A DNA stretch of 64,000 nucleotides from Armatimonadota bacterium. GTDB lineage: Bacteria > Armatimonadota > SYMT01. Position 1 is the stretch's first letter. The number at the start of each line of letters is the position of its first letter. The notes beneath the pieces were generated by a model, which had not been told where the DNA came from, made no database searches, and saw only the letters and a list, made by a program, of their open reading frames with translations. The stretch lies in assembly GCA_041690135.1 (NCBI GenBank), contig JAWLHY010000007.1, positions 256,001 through 320,000 of the forward strand, written 5' to 3'. The translations under genes and the position numbers were made by a program. Below are positions 40,091-49,352 of the stretch, piece by piece.

Positions 40091-41428
40091 TTACCCCTTC
40101 GGATGCACCCAGGGCTTCCGGTAGGGCCGCTTCAACAGGCGGGTGGCCTCGTCGTCGCCGGCCACCCGCTGCTTCTCCGCGTCCCAGGTGAGACTGCGGC
40201 CCAGCTTCAGGGACATGTTGGCGAGGATGCAGCTGGCCGTGGAGATGTGGCCCTGCTCGATGTCCGCGACCGGCCGGCCTCCGGTATCGATGGCCCGGAG
40301 CCAGTCTTTCATGTGGCCTCGGATCGCCGGCGCGACGTGCTTCTCCAGGTCTTTTTCCGTCTTGTCTTCGGGATACTGCTCCAGTTCGAAGACCACGTCC
40401 TTGTGGATCGGCTGTCCGTTCCCCATCGGGATGAAGTCGAAGCTGTTTACGCTCAGCTTCAGCGTTCCCTTGTCCCCGTAGATCGTGGCGCCCCAGGGAT
40501 ACTTGGGATCGTTCGGGTGGCCGTAGGTCCGATGCTGCCAGACGACCGGGAACTCGGGGAAGTCGAAAGTCGCGGTCTGGGTATCGCTGATGTTCGCCTT
40601 GCTCTCCTTCTGCACCAGGATCCCGCCCGAGGAAGAGACGCGCGTCGGCCAGCCCAGGTCGAGCATCCAGCGGACCATATCGAGCATGTGGATGCACATG
40701 TCTCCCACGATTCCGTTGCCGTACTCCATGAAGGCCCGCCAGCGGCGCGGGTGGACCAGCGGGTTATACGGCCGCATCGGCGCGGGTCCGGTCCACATTT
40801 CCCAGTCCAGATAATCCGGCGGGGTGGTGTCGGCGGGGTTCTCGCGCGCCCGCATGTGGTAGTAGCAGTAGACCTCAACGAGCCCGATCTTGCCCAGCTT
40901 GCCTTCCTTGACGATGGTATCGCGGGCCTCGATCAGGTGCGGCGTGCTCCGGCGCTGCGTTCCCACCTGCACCACGCGCTTGTGCTTGCGCGCGGCCGCC
41001 AGCATCGCCTGGCCTTCCGCGATATCGACGCTGATCGGCTTCTGCACGTAGACGTGCGCCCCGGCCTCGACGGCGGCGATCATCGGTAGGGCATGCCAGT
41101 GGTCCGGGGTGGCGATGAGGACCAGCTCCAGGTCCTTCTCCTTCAGCATCTCCCGGTAATCGGTGTAGGTGCGCGGCCGCTTTTTCGAAGCCTGGCGCTC
41201 CGCGATCAAGTCTGCCGCCTCGTCGAGCATGCGCCGGTCCACGTCGCAAATGGAGACGACCTGCACCGGCGCCACCTGGATCAGGCGAAGGAGGTCGGCC
41301 TTGCCGTACCAGCCCGAGCCGATCAGGCCCACGCGCGGCTTCTTGTCGGCAAACTCGGCGGCGTAAGCGCCGGTCGCGGAAAGGGCCAGACCGGCGGTTC
41401 CGGCCTGGAGGAGGTGACGGCGGTTCAT
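40091..41428 (-). CDS. Tat-exported Gfo/Idh/MocA-family oxidoreductase
   Basis: MNRRHLL, GLIGSG.YG, IATPDHWH, VYVQKP, QVGTQRRS, GDMCIHMLD. Confidence 0.92.
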   Translation of the reverse strand: MNRRHLLQAGTAGLALSATGAYAAEFADKKPRVGLIGSGWYGKADLLRLIQVAPVQVVSICDVDRRMLDEAADLIAERQASKKRPRTYTDYREMLKEKDLELVLIATPDHWHALPMIAAVEAGAHVYVQKPISVDIAEGQAMLAAARKHKRVVQVGTQRRSTPHLIEARDTIVKEGKLGKIGLVEVYCYYHMRARENPADTTPPDYLDWEMWTGPAPMRPYNPLVHPRRWRAFMEYGNGIVGDMCIHMLDMVRWMLDLGWPTRVSSSGGILVQKESKANISDTQTATFDFPEFPVVWQHRTYGHPNDPKYPWGATIYGDKGTLKLSVNSFDFIPMGNGQPIHKDVVFELEQYPEDKTEKDLEKHVAPAIRGHMKDWLRAIDTGGRPVADIEQGHISTASCILANMSLKLGRSLTWDAEKQRVAGDDEATRLLKRPYRKPWVHPKG

Positions 41429-41644
41429 GGTTCAGGTCTCCGGTGACTCAACACATCCGACAGGCCCAGTTGTCCATCCGTGCCGCAAAAACCTGCTTTC
41501 GATCCCACACCTCGGACGGGAGGCGCGGAATCCATTCCAACAGTTGGCGCATCCACCTCATGCCGAATTGGGGTCACAATTCCACGGGCCGCATCCGTCG
41601 CGGTAGGTTGGGTCCCGTCCGGCAGGCTCTTGAGAACGGCACCC

Positions 41645-41691
41645 GTAGGGAGCGTCTCGTACACCCGGCGAAGTTAGGGCCTTAGCGATCC
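41645..41691 (+). repeat. GTAG-type REP-like element with 20-nt micro-insert
   Basis: gtagggagcgtctc [gtacacccggcgaagttagg] gccttagcgatcc. Confidence 0.75.
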
Positions 41692-41697
41692 TTTCGA

Positions 41698-44600
41698 TTA
41701 CGCCTGCGCGTCCCCAAAGCTGTCCGCTCCATGGAGCATGGCCTCCAGGCCGGCCGGGTCGATGGGTTTGACTAGGTGCTCGTCGAAGCCGGCCGCGGCG
41801 GAGTGCTCCCGGTCTTCCTGGCGCCCGTAGCCCGTCACGGCGATCAAACGGATAGAGGCCATTTCCGGATCGGCACGCAGGCGTCGTGCCACTTCGTATC
41901 CGTCCATCTCCGGCAGGCCGATGTCGCACAGCACGGTATCGGGACGGAACTCCCGCGCCAGCCGGAGACCGGTCTCCCCGTTCATGGCGACGGCCACTTC
42001 GTGACCGGTGAGTTCGAGGAGATCGCGGAGCGTTTCGGCGGCGTCGGGATTGTCCTCGATGACCAGCACCCGCAGCGACCCTCCGGCGGCCTCCGTTCCG
42101 GGCCCAGCGTGATCGGCGGACACTTCACTTTCCGCGAGAGGCAAGTAAACGCGGAACTCGGAGCCCTGGTCGCGACCGCCGCTCCGCACGTCCACGCGAC
42201 CCCCATGCAGTTCGACCAGTCCTTTCACCAGGGCCAGGCCGAGACCCAACCCACCCCGACTTCGGTCAAGACTGCGGTCTTCCTGCGCAAAGGGATCAAA
42301 GATTCGTGAAAGGAGCGCCTGGGGGATACCAATGCCGGTATCGGTGATCGAAAGCACCGCCCAACCCGCACCGGAGCCTTCTTGCTCCGGTGCCTCGCCA
42401 GGCGCAACCGCGGTAACGCCTGCTTGCAGGCGGGCGATCACCCGCCCGCCCGCCGGGGTGTACTTCTGGGAGTTGTGCAGGAGGTTGCTGATCACCTGGT
42501 GCAGGCGCGTCCGGTCTCCCACCACCATCACAGGATCGTCCGGCAAGGAGGTTTCGAGCGTGAGCCCCGCTTCCGCCAGGGCGGGGCGCTGGTCTTCCAG
42601 AGCCTCACGCAGGAGCCCGGAAAGATCGATGCGGGTCTGCTGCAGGTCGACCTTTCCCCGTTGGATCCGCGAGACGTCGAGCAGGTCGTCCACCATCCGC
42701 TGTTGATGGGTGAACTGGCGGCGCAGTACCGCGCGAGCGCGCGCAGCCTGCGGGCTGTCGGGGTCGGAGCGTTCCAGGAGGTAAAGCGCGTTGGACGCGG
42801 ACCCCAGCGGGTTGCGGAGCTCGTGCGCCAACATCGCCAGGAACTGGTCCTTCTGGTGTCCGGCCTCCGCCAGTTCGGCGACATACCGATGAAGCCGCTC
42901 CTCGGTATGCTTGCGGTCGATGAACTGCGCGATCCCGTCGGCCACTGCCCCGAGCTCTTGCAGGGTCGCCTCGGGAATGGGGGAACGGGAGAACATCGCC
43001 ATCACGCCGACCACGCGCTCCTCGACCAGGAGTGGAAAGCCGGCAAAGGCCACCATCCTTTCGCGTTGCACCCATTCCGGATCGCTGATCATCGGGTCGT
43101 GGGCAATGTCGTTGACCAGATGCGGACGGCGGTCGCCGGCGATCCGGCCGATTTTGTATTCGCCCATGCGGATCCGGCTGTGAGGTCCATTGAGATGGGT
43201 GTAAAGGCCGGCGCTGGCCTGCAATTCCAGCAGTTGTGCTTCCTCGTTCAGCGTCCAGATACGGGCAAAGGCCACGTCGAGGTGCCGGACCAGGGCCTCC
43301 GTGCATTCTTGCAGCACCACGCGCTGGTCGGCGTCGCGGGCAAGCACGCCACTGATATCCATCCCGAGTGCACCCAGGCGTGCCCGTTCGGCCAGGTGAG
43401 TCTCGGCCCGACGGCGCTCCCGGACTTCCTCCTCGAGTGCCTGGAAGTGCTGCCGCAGGGCGTGGAGCATGCCCTGGAAGTTAGTCACCAGGAGGGAGAC
43501 TTCGTTGATCCTGCCTTGCGGCCAGGAGACGGCGTGCGGGAGCAGGAGCTGTTCGGGGAGATTGGCGGTCACCTGGGCCAGATGGGAAAGCGGGCGGGCC
43601 AGCCACCGGGAGAGAAGCCAGGCCAACCAGAGCGCCGTGAGCGTGAGGGCCAACGTCAGGGCCAGGCTCTCGGAATATCGCGTCTGGAGGTATCGCTGGT
43701 AAGGCGCCATGGGCACCTCAACCAGTGCGGTCCAGGGAGCGATCCCCGCATCAGTACGGTGCATGTAAAAGGAGCGTTCCCACTGTGTTACGGCGGGAAG
43801 GCCGGCGGCCTGCGGCAACCACTGCTCGACGCCCCCATTCAATGGACGGATCACGCCACCCCGGGACGCCAGGTAGTTCTCCAGCGGCTCGATACCCTCG
43901 ACCGTACTGGCGATCACGCGACCTGCTTCATCCAGCAACGTGATCCGAGTGCCGTCCGCGTCGGCGAGCCGGTTGAGGAGAACCTCCACACGCTCAAGGT
44001 TCGCCGCCCCTAGCGCATAGCCATCGAACCGTCCGCGACGCAGAATAGGGACGGCTATGGTCACAATGGGCGCTTCCACGCCGCCGCGTCCCAGCAGCAC
44101 CCCCGAAATGACGGGACGCAGTGTTTCTCGCACGCGGCGGTAGTACTCGCGGTCGGAAAAATTGAGTCCCAGCGTGCTCCGGCCATTGGCTGCCGTGGGG
44201 GGATCGAAGGCGACCGTAGTTCCGGAAGCGTCCGCCACGTAGAGGTTGTAAAAGCTTGGAAAGGCCTGGTGCACCGCCGTGACTGCGCGCTGGAGTGCCC
44301 CCGGCGAAGGTGCGGGTTCGCTGCCGGCGAAGCGCGCCACGGATTCCACCGCCCCAAGATGACGCAGGCGCCAGGACTCCAGTCTTCCGGTCACGTCCGT
44401 GGAAGATACGGCCAGCTTCTCACGGACGTACCTCTCGATGATCCGCATTTCGTGGCGTCCGCTGGCCACCAGCAGAATCAACGAGGGGACCAGAACCGCG
44501 GCGACCAGAGTATTGAAGAGAACCTGACGAAGCGGTATGACGGTCTCTTCCGTTCTTCCGGCCCACCGGGGAAGGGGGGTGTGGGTGAGCAGCAGGCTCG

Positions 44601-45039
44601 CGATGAGCGCGTTGAGGATTCCGTTCACGCTCTGCTTCAGCATCACGACGATCACGGCTTCCCGGGGTGCGCCCATCAGGCCCCGATAGAAGAGCCAGAC
44701 CAGGGGCATGCCCAACGCCAGCCAGTAGAGTCCGTCAATCAGGACCAGGTTGGTCCTCCGGCGGCGGTGGACGATTCCGACCACGAGGGCTTCCGCGGTA
44801 AAGATTGCGATGGCCCAGGGGTGACTCCACAGAAAGTACGTGTAGATTCCCGCGAGCACGGCCGCCGTGGCTCCCCAGACCAGGCCGTACAGGCTGGTGA
44901 CCAGCAGCACGGCGATGCTGCCGAACAGGAAGTCCACTCCGAAGAAAATCGGTGTACTGAGAAGGTTCCCCACTACTCCCAGGAGGAGCAGGATGCCGAG
45001 CGTGATCGCAGGGTGCGAGCGGGCGTTGGCAATTGGCAT
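41698..45039 (-). CDS. Hybrid sensor histidine kinase (membrane domain, dCache, GAF, HisKA, HATPase, REC)
   Basis: FSDREYY Cache motif, GAF ASAGLYTH, AHELRNPL H-box, N/G boxes (DTGIG, GLGLGL), receiver CDIGLP.MDG..KP. Confidence 0.92.
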   Translation of the reverse strand: MPIANARSHPAITLGILLLLGVVGNLLSTPIFFGVDFLFGSIAVLLVTSLYGLVWGATAAVLAGIYTYFLWSHPWAIAIFTAEALVVGIVHRRRRTNLVLIDGLYWLALGMPLVWLFYRGLMGAPREAVIVVMLKQSVNGILNALIASLLLTHTPLPRWAGRTEETVIPLRQVLFNTLVAAVLVPSLILLVASGRHEMRIIERYVREKLAVSSTDVTGRLESWRLRHLGAVESVARFAGSEPAPSPGALQRAVTAVHQAFPSFYNLYVADASGTTVAFDPPTAANGRSTLGLNFSDREYYRRVRETLRPVISGVLLGRGGVEAPIVTIAVPILRRGRFDGYALGAANLERVEVLLNRLADADGTRITLLDEAGRVIASTVEGIEPLENYLASRGGVIRPLNGGVEQWLPQAAGLPAVTQWERSFYMHRTDAGIAPWTALVEVPMAPYQRYLQTRYSESLALTLALTLTALWLAWLLSRWLARPLSHLAQVTANLPEQLLLPHAVSWPQGRINEVSLLVTNFQGMLHALRQHFQALEEEVRERRRAETHLAERARLGALGMDISGVLARDADQRVVLQECTEALVRHLDVAFARIWTLNEEAQLLELQASAGLYTHLNGPHSRIRMGEYKIGRIAGDRRPHLVNDIAHDPMISDPEWVQRERMVAFAGFPLLVEERVVGVMAMFSRSPIPEATLQELGAVADGIAQFIDRKHTEERLHRYVAELAEAGHQKDQFLAMLAHELRNPLGSASNALYLLERSDPDSPQAARARAVLRRQFTHQQRMVDDLLDVSRIQRGKVDLQQTRIDLSGLLREALEDQRPALAEAGLTLETSLPDDPVMVVGDRTRLHQVISNLLHNSQKYTPAGGRVIARLQAGVTAVAPGEAPEQEGSGAGWAVLSITDTGIGIPQALLSRIFDPFAQEDRSLDRSRGGLGLGLALVKGLVELHGGRVDVRSGGRDQGSEFRVYLPLAESEVSADHAGPGTEAAGGSLRVLVIEDNPDAAETLRDLLELTGHEVAVAMNGETGLRLAREFRPDTVLCDIGLPEMDGYEVARRLRADPEMASIRLIAVTGYGRQEDREHSAAAGFDEHLVKPIDPAGLEAMLHGADSFGDAQA

Positions 45040-45186
45040 GGGGATCGCTTCAGGGGCGGCAGATGGTGAGCAGCGGTTTGTGGAGGATCTGATCCGCAAT
45101 TCGGCTACTAATAGATACGGCGACTCTGCGAAATTGCCCATACGGGTGTGAAATTCGGTATTCGGCCGGCAAAAGGATGGTGACCG

Positions 45187-46572
45187 ATGACAGGCGGCAA
45201 TCTCCCTGGCAGGCGGGGATCCACGTTAGGGTTTCTCCTCTGCGTTTGGCTGGCAGCGGTGGCGTACCTTGCCAGCAGGACGCCCGTCTCCGCCGCGCCC
45301 GCGCGACCGAATGTCCTCTTTCTCTTTACCGATGATCAGCGCGCGGATACGATCGGCGCGCTGGGCAACCCGGTCATTCGCACTCCCAACCTCGACTCCC
45401 TCGTGCGTTCCGGATTCACGTTCACCAACGCCTACTGCCTGGGTGCCAACGTGGGTGCGGTGTGCACCCCCAGCCGGAACATGCTTCTCAGCGGGAAAAC
45501 CTACTTCCGCTGGACCGGTAACCTGGCTCCCGCGGAGGGTCTCAACTTCCCCGTCTCCATGCAAAAGGCCGGGTACGAGACCTATCACCATGGCAAGCGG
45601 GGGAACACGGCCCTGCGCATCCAGGCGAAGTTCGAGCACAACTACTACCTGCGGAACGACATGGCGGAGCGGAACAGCGGTGAGCCGGGAAAGGAGATCG
45701 TGGACGCGGCGATCCGGTTCCTGGGCGAACGGAAGGGGGAACGGCCCTTCTTCATGTACCTGGCGTTCGGCAACCCGCATGATCCACGGGTAGCGACGCG
45801 GAAGTACCTGGACCTCTACGATCCCGCGAAGATCCCCCTGCCCCGTAACTACCGCCCACTCCATCCCTTCAACAATGGCGAAATGACCGTGCGCGATGAA
45901 AAGCTGGCACCCTGGCCGCGCACGGAAGCGGAGGTCCGGCGCCATCTCCACGAGTACTACGCCGTGACGACGGCGCTCGATGGGCATATCGGACGGCTTC
46001 TACAAACTCTGAAGGACCGCGGCCAGTACGACAACACGCTGATCGTCTTTTCCTCCGATCACGGTTTGGCTATCGGCAGTCACGGCCTGATGGGCAAGCA
46101 GAACCTCTACGAGCACAGCATGAAGGCGCCACTCGTTTTCAGCGGTCCCGGAATCCGGCGGGGGAAATCGGCAGCGCTGGCCTATCTGCTGGACATCTAT
46201 CCGACCGTATCGGAGTTGGTGGGAGCCGAGACGCCGGCGGACCTCGATGGGAAGAGCCTGAAGCCCGCCCTGGACAACCCGCGCGAACAGGTGCGAGGCG
46301 CCGTTTTCCTCGCCTATCGGGACATCCAGCGCGCCGTCCGCGACGACCGGTGGAAACTCATCCGCTACCCCCAGGTGAACGTGACGCAGCTCTTCGACCT
46401 CCGCAACGACCCGGACGAGCTCCGCGACCTCTCCGACGACCCCCAGCACCGCCGGCACCGGGAGCGGCTGCTGCGGCGGCTTTCCATGGAGCAGCGCCGC
46501 TATGGGGACACAGCTCTTCTCACCGTCCCCAACCCCCAACCCCAGACCTTCGTCCCACCCCCAACTGACTAA
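45187..46572 (+). CDS. Type I (formylglycine-dependent) sulfatase
   Basis: [35 protein letters not shown]. Confidence 0.92.
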   Translation: MTGGNLPGRRGSTLGFLLCVWLAAVAYLASRTPVSAAPARPNVLFLFTDDQRADTIGALGNPVIRTPNLDSLVRSGFTFTNAYCLGANVGAVCTPSRNMLLSGKTYFRWTGNLAPAEGLNFPVSMQKAGYETYHHGKRGNTALRIQAKFEHNYYLRNDMAERNSGEPGKEIVDAAIRFLGERKGERPFFMYLAFGNPHDPRVATRKYLDLYDPAKIPLPRNYRPLHPFNNGEMTVRDEKLAPWPRTEAEVRRHLHEYYAVTTALDGHIGRLLQTLKDRGQYDNTLIVFSSDHGLAIGSHGLMGKQNLYEHSMKAPLVFSGPGIRRGKSAALAYLLDIYPTVSELVGAETPADLDGKSLKPALDNPREQVRGAVFLAYRDIQRAVRDDRWKLIRYPQVNVTQLFDLRNDPDELRDLSDDPQHRRHRERLLRRLSMEQRRYGDTALLTVPNPQPQTFVPPPTD

Positions 46573-46582
46573 ACAGGGGTTG

Positions 46583-46709
46583 GGAAGGAACAGGATGGAC
46601 AGGATGAGCAGGATGGACAAAGTGCGAAAATGGCTGTTGGGTTAGACGCACGCGAGGACCAACCGCCAAATCCACTCATCCTACCGATCCTGCCCATCCT
46701 GTTCCTTCC
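46583..46709. repeat. About 34-bp imperfect inverted repeat built of CAGGATGGA-like nonamers
   Basis: ggaaggaacaggatggacaggatgagcaggatgg versus tcatcctaccgatcctgcccatcctgttccttcc, between convergent genes. Confidence 0.75.
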
Positions 46710-46733
46710 GATCGCTCTCATCCCAATTTGTGA

Positions 46734-47462
46734 CTAAGCCTTGCGTCCCGGAGCCAGCGCGGCGGCCGCCGTGGTCATGACCTCCGTCGGCACGGCGATC
46801 ACCACGGTGTTGCCCAGCCCGTCGCCGACCTGCGTCAGCGCCTCGATCTCCCGCAGGCGGACCAGCATCGGGTTCTCCTGCAGCATCCGCGCCGTGTTGG
46901 CCCGCGCCCGGGTGGCCGCCACTTCCTCCCGCGCCGCGACCAGGGCCGCCCGCCCCGTCCGCTGCGCTTCCAGCTCCTGCGACAGCATCTTCTTCACCTC
47001 GCCCGGCAGGATGATGTCCTTCACCCCCACGCGCAGCAACTCGAGGCCCAGGTCCGTGGCGGCCGCGCGACCCGGTTCCAGCAGTTCCGTGGAAAGCGCC
47101 CCGCGCCCCGCAAGGAGTTCATCCAGCGACCGCGTCTGCACCGCCTCCCGCAGGGAGAGCTGGATCGCCGTGTACAACGAGATTTGGTAGTTTTCCACCG
47201 TGTGGAGCGCGGTAACGGCATCGACCACGCGGTACTCGGCCGCCACGTTCAGCCGCACGGAGATGCCGTCCGCGGTCAGCATTTCCTGGCCGTTGATCGT
47301 CATCTCCGTCCGCCGGGTGTCGACGCGGACGATCTCCTGCTTCAACCACGGCAGGTGCAGCAGGCGGTGGCGCCCCGGCTCCACGGCGCCCAGGAACTGT
47401 CCGTTGCTATAGAGAAGGCCCACTTCCGTCTCGCGTACCGTTTCGTGATCGATCCACAACAT
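46734..47462 (-). CDS. SPFH/band-7 (slipin-type) protein, 242 aa
   Basis: QEMLTADG..VRLN, Q..LREAV....LDELL, VKDIILPG, AREE.AATR...NTAR...ENP.L.RLRE.E. ATG at 47462 follows AGGAGG. Confidence 0.9.
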   Translation of the reverse strand: MLWIDHETVRETEVGLLYSNGQFLGAVEPGRHRLLHLPWLKQEIVRVDTRRTEMTINGQEMLTADGISVRLNVAAEYRVVDAVTALHTVENYQISLYTAIQLSLREAVQTRSLDELLAGRGALSTELLEPGRAAATDLGLELLRVGVKDIILPGEVKKMLSQELEAQRTGRAALVAAREEVAATRARANTARMLQENPMLVRLREIEALTQVGDGLGNTVVIAVPTEVMTTAAAALAPGRKA

Positions 47463-47484
47463 CCTCGACCTCCTACAAACGTTC

Positions 47485-47650
47485 AAAAAAGCACAGCCGG
47501 CCGGCCGCCGGTCGCCACCGGCGGGGGCGCGGTTGACGCCGGAAGCGTTCCGGCCCGTAGGCCGGTTCGGATCCGGCGGGTATCCCCGCACCCGCAAAGC
47601 CGGTTTCGACACCGTCACCAGGACGGCTCACGGCCGGCCGCACTGCGCTC
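47485..47650 (-). ncRNA. Putative structured RNA closed by a long GC stem and a U6 tract
   Basis: Minus-strand GCGCAGTGCGGCCGGCCG can pair with CGGCCGGCCGGCTGTGC, which is followed by TTTTTT. Several internal hairpins. Confidence 0.4.
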
Positions 47651-47702
47651 GCACAGGATTCGAACCTGCATTTGCCCAGATACCGGTTAACAGCCGGTTG
47701 GC
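47645..47702 (-). ncRNA. Partial tRNA-like element: anticodon arm (GUU) plus T arm, no canonical D arm
   Basis: ACCGG CTGTTAA CCGGT (47682-47698) and GCAGG TTCGAAT CCTGT (47653-47669). Confidence 0.55.
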
Positions 47703-47769
47703 ATGTGCCGGCCCGATGCGCGGAACGTCCTTCGGCACAGCCCCGGACGCCGCTTGGGTGCGCGGCACA

Positions 47770-47841
47770 TCGGCGCGCCTGGAGTCGAACCAGGATCAGT
47801 CCCTTATAAGGGGACCGCTCTAACCCTTGAGCTACGCGCCG
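47770..47841 (-). tRNA. tRNA-Ile with UAU anticodon (CCA not encoded)
   Basis: Hand-folded cloverleaf: CGGCGCG UA GCUC AAGGGUUA GAGC G GUCCC CU-UAU-AA GGGAC UGAU CCUGG UUCGACU CCAGG CGCGCCG A. All four stems fully paired. Confidence 0.92.
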
Positions 47842-47850
47842 AAGACATGG

Positions 47851-47897
47851 AAAACAAAACACCCCCGCCGGATCCTGGGGGGACCGGCGGGGGTGTT
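47851..47897 (-). terminator. Intrinsic terminator upstream of the tRNA (attenuator)
   Basis: 14-bp perfect stem AACACCCCCGCCGG / CCGGCGGGGGTGTT, 12-nt loop, then TTGTTTT. Confidence 0.85.
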
Positions 47898-47927
47898 CGA
47901 AAACTTCCCGGAAAGCTGCTCGTACGC

Positions 47928-48083
47928 CTAAAGCGTGAAGAGCCTCCTCCTACCGGTCCGGATGGCCGCAGGGAATGCTATGCGGCCGCTGTTCCCAAAG
48001 AGGTACGGCCACGCATTCGCCCCCAGATTTCTCGGGGCGCGTATCGCGGCTTCTATTCGCTTGGAGTAGCGGTTCATCAACAT
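47928..48083 (-). CDS. Putative leader peptide (51 aa) rich in rare codons
   Basis: MLMNRYSKRIEAAIRAPRNLGANAWPYLFGNSGRIAFPAAIRTGRRRLFTL*. ATA at codons 10, 14 and 35, plus CGA, AGA and AGG-AGG-AGG. Lies between promoter and terminator. No clear SD sequence. Confidence 0.6.
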   Translation of the reverse strand: MLMNRYSKRIEAAIRAPRNLGANAWPYLFGNSGRIAFPAAIRTGRRRLFTL

Positions 48084-48133
48084 CGTCGTTTGCGGTTGCT
48101 CGGTTCCGTGCTGCCTAACCGGCAGTGATGGGA

Positions 48134-48162
48134 ATGGTAGCCGACAGTCCGGGCGGTGTCAA
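48134..48162 (-). promoter_or_regulatory. Sigma70-type promoter
   Basis: TTGACA - 17 nt - TACCAT. Confidence 0.8.
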
Positions 48163-48201
48163 CCCCTTTGGCTAGGTGTCAATGGATCTGCCAACGAAGG
48201 T

Positions 48202-48256
48202 GGCACCGGTAGGGTACGTCTCGTACACCCGGCGAAGTTAGGGCCGCAGCGTTCCG
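48202..48256 (+). repeat. GTAG-type REP-like element with 20-nt micro-insert
   Basis: ggcaccggtagggtacgtctc [gtacacccggcgaagttagg] gccgcagcgttccg. Confidence 0.78.
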
Positions 48257-48581
48257 TTGTCATGGAGCTGATCCCGTCCTGACCACTCTTAGCTGTCCCG
48301 TGGCCGGAAGGGTCCGGCTTGGCCCCACGAGATCAACATCGGCGCCTGCGGAATGGAACGGCCCTAGCTGCGCCGGGTGTACGTCACATTCCCTACTATC
48401 AAGAGTGCACGTGACGCTCCGCGAGCCCGAACCACCTCACCAGAGGTGGATACAAAGCCGTAACGGACCCCCTGATGCACCACATAGCCGACAAATGCGG
48501 GTGACCACAGGGCAGTTGCCATGTGTAGCCGGGGCACCCACTCGTGGGTCGTCACTCGCCCAGCACAGCCCTTGGCAATCC

Positions 48582-49346
48582 CTAATCGGCCGCCCGGTCG
48601 CGGAGTGCCCGCCGCTCCCAGTGCGCCAGGACTACCCGGCCCCCTTCCACTTCCAGGCGGGCGATACCGGCGAAGAAGGCAAAGGCGTAGACCTGCAGGA
48701 TCGGCACGCCGTTCACCACGGCCGGCTCCAGCAGGTCCGTGTGGCTGTGGCCGCCGATGATGAGGTCCAATTCCGGGCAGGCTTCCGCCAGGGCCTGGTC
48801 TTGCCGGAACCCGATGTGCGTGAGCCCCACCAGCACGTCCACCCGCGGGCGCAGGTCCGCTATCTGCTGCCGTGCCGCCTTCAAGGGGTCGTCGAACCAG
48901 TAGTCGCAGAACGGCTGGGACCACTGCTTGCGCGTGAACATGGGGACCGTAACGCCGAAGACACCCACCTGGACGTCTCCTATCGGCAGGACTACGTGGG
49001 GCACGGTCGGCAGGGGAGCTCCACCCTTGGCGGTGACGTTGGCGCAGAGCAACGGAAAGCGGGCACGATCGACCTTAAGCGGGAAGCACTCCCGCCGGGG
49101 ATGCGTTTCCCGATTGCCCAGGCACATCGCTCGGCAACCGAGATCGGACAGCGTCTCCAATGCCGGTTCGCCACCGATCCGAAAGCCCAGGTTGCCCGCC
49201 GAAACGGTATCACCGGCATCCAGGTAAAGCGCACCGGGATGCTCCGCCAACAGCGCGCGCAGCCGCTCGGCCGGGGGCGGTCCGGGCTCCTTCCACTGCG
49301 CTCCAAAGCGCCCGTGGCTATCGTTGGTATGGATCAGGGTGAGCAT
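48582..49346 (-). CDS. Calcineurin-like metallophosphoesterase (5'-nucleotidase N-terminal-like)
   Basis: IHTNDSHG, LDAGD, GNRE, LTHIG, GGHSH. Confidence 0.85.
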   Translation of the reverse strand: MLTLIHTNDSHGRFGAQWKEPGPPPAERLRALLAEHPGALYLDAGDTVSAGNLGFRIGGEPALETLSDLGCRAMCLGNRETHPRRECFPLKVDRARFPLLCANVTAKGGAPLPTVPHVVLPIGDVQVGVFGVTVPMFTRKQWSQPFCDYWFDDPLKAARQQIADLRPRVDVLVGLTHIGFRQDQALAEACPELDLIIGGHSHTDLLEPAVVNGVPILQVYAFAFFAGIARLEVEGGRVVLAHWERRALRDRAAD

Positions 49347-49352
49347 GGGAAT

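Noticed and set aside
47463-47618. N-terminal extension of the slipin ORF given in the ORF track
   Set aside because: It runs through structured RNA and a U tract. A strong AGGAGG RBS marks the ATG at 47462.
47645-47730. Functional tRNA-Asn(GUU)
   Set aside because: No D arm and no 7-bp acceptor stem could be folded. Kept only as a tRNA-like fragment.
47851-48130. T-box riboswitch as the explanation for the leader
   Set aside because: No T-box antiterminator consensus (UGGNACC bulge) is visible before the terminator. A uORF plus antiterminator fits better.
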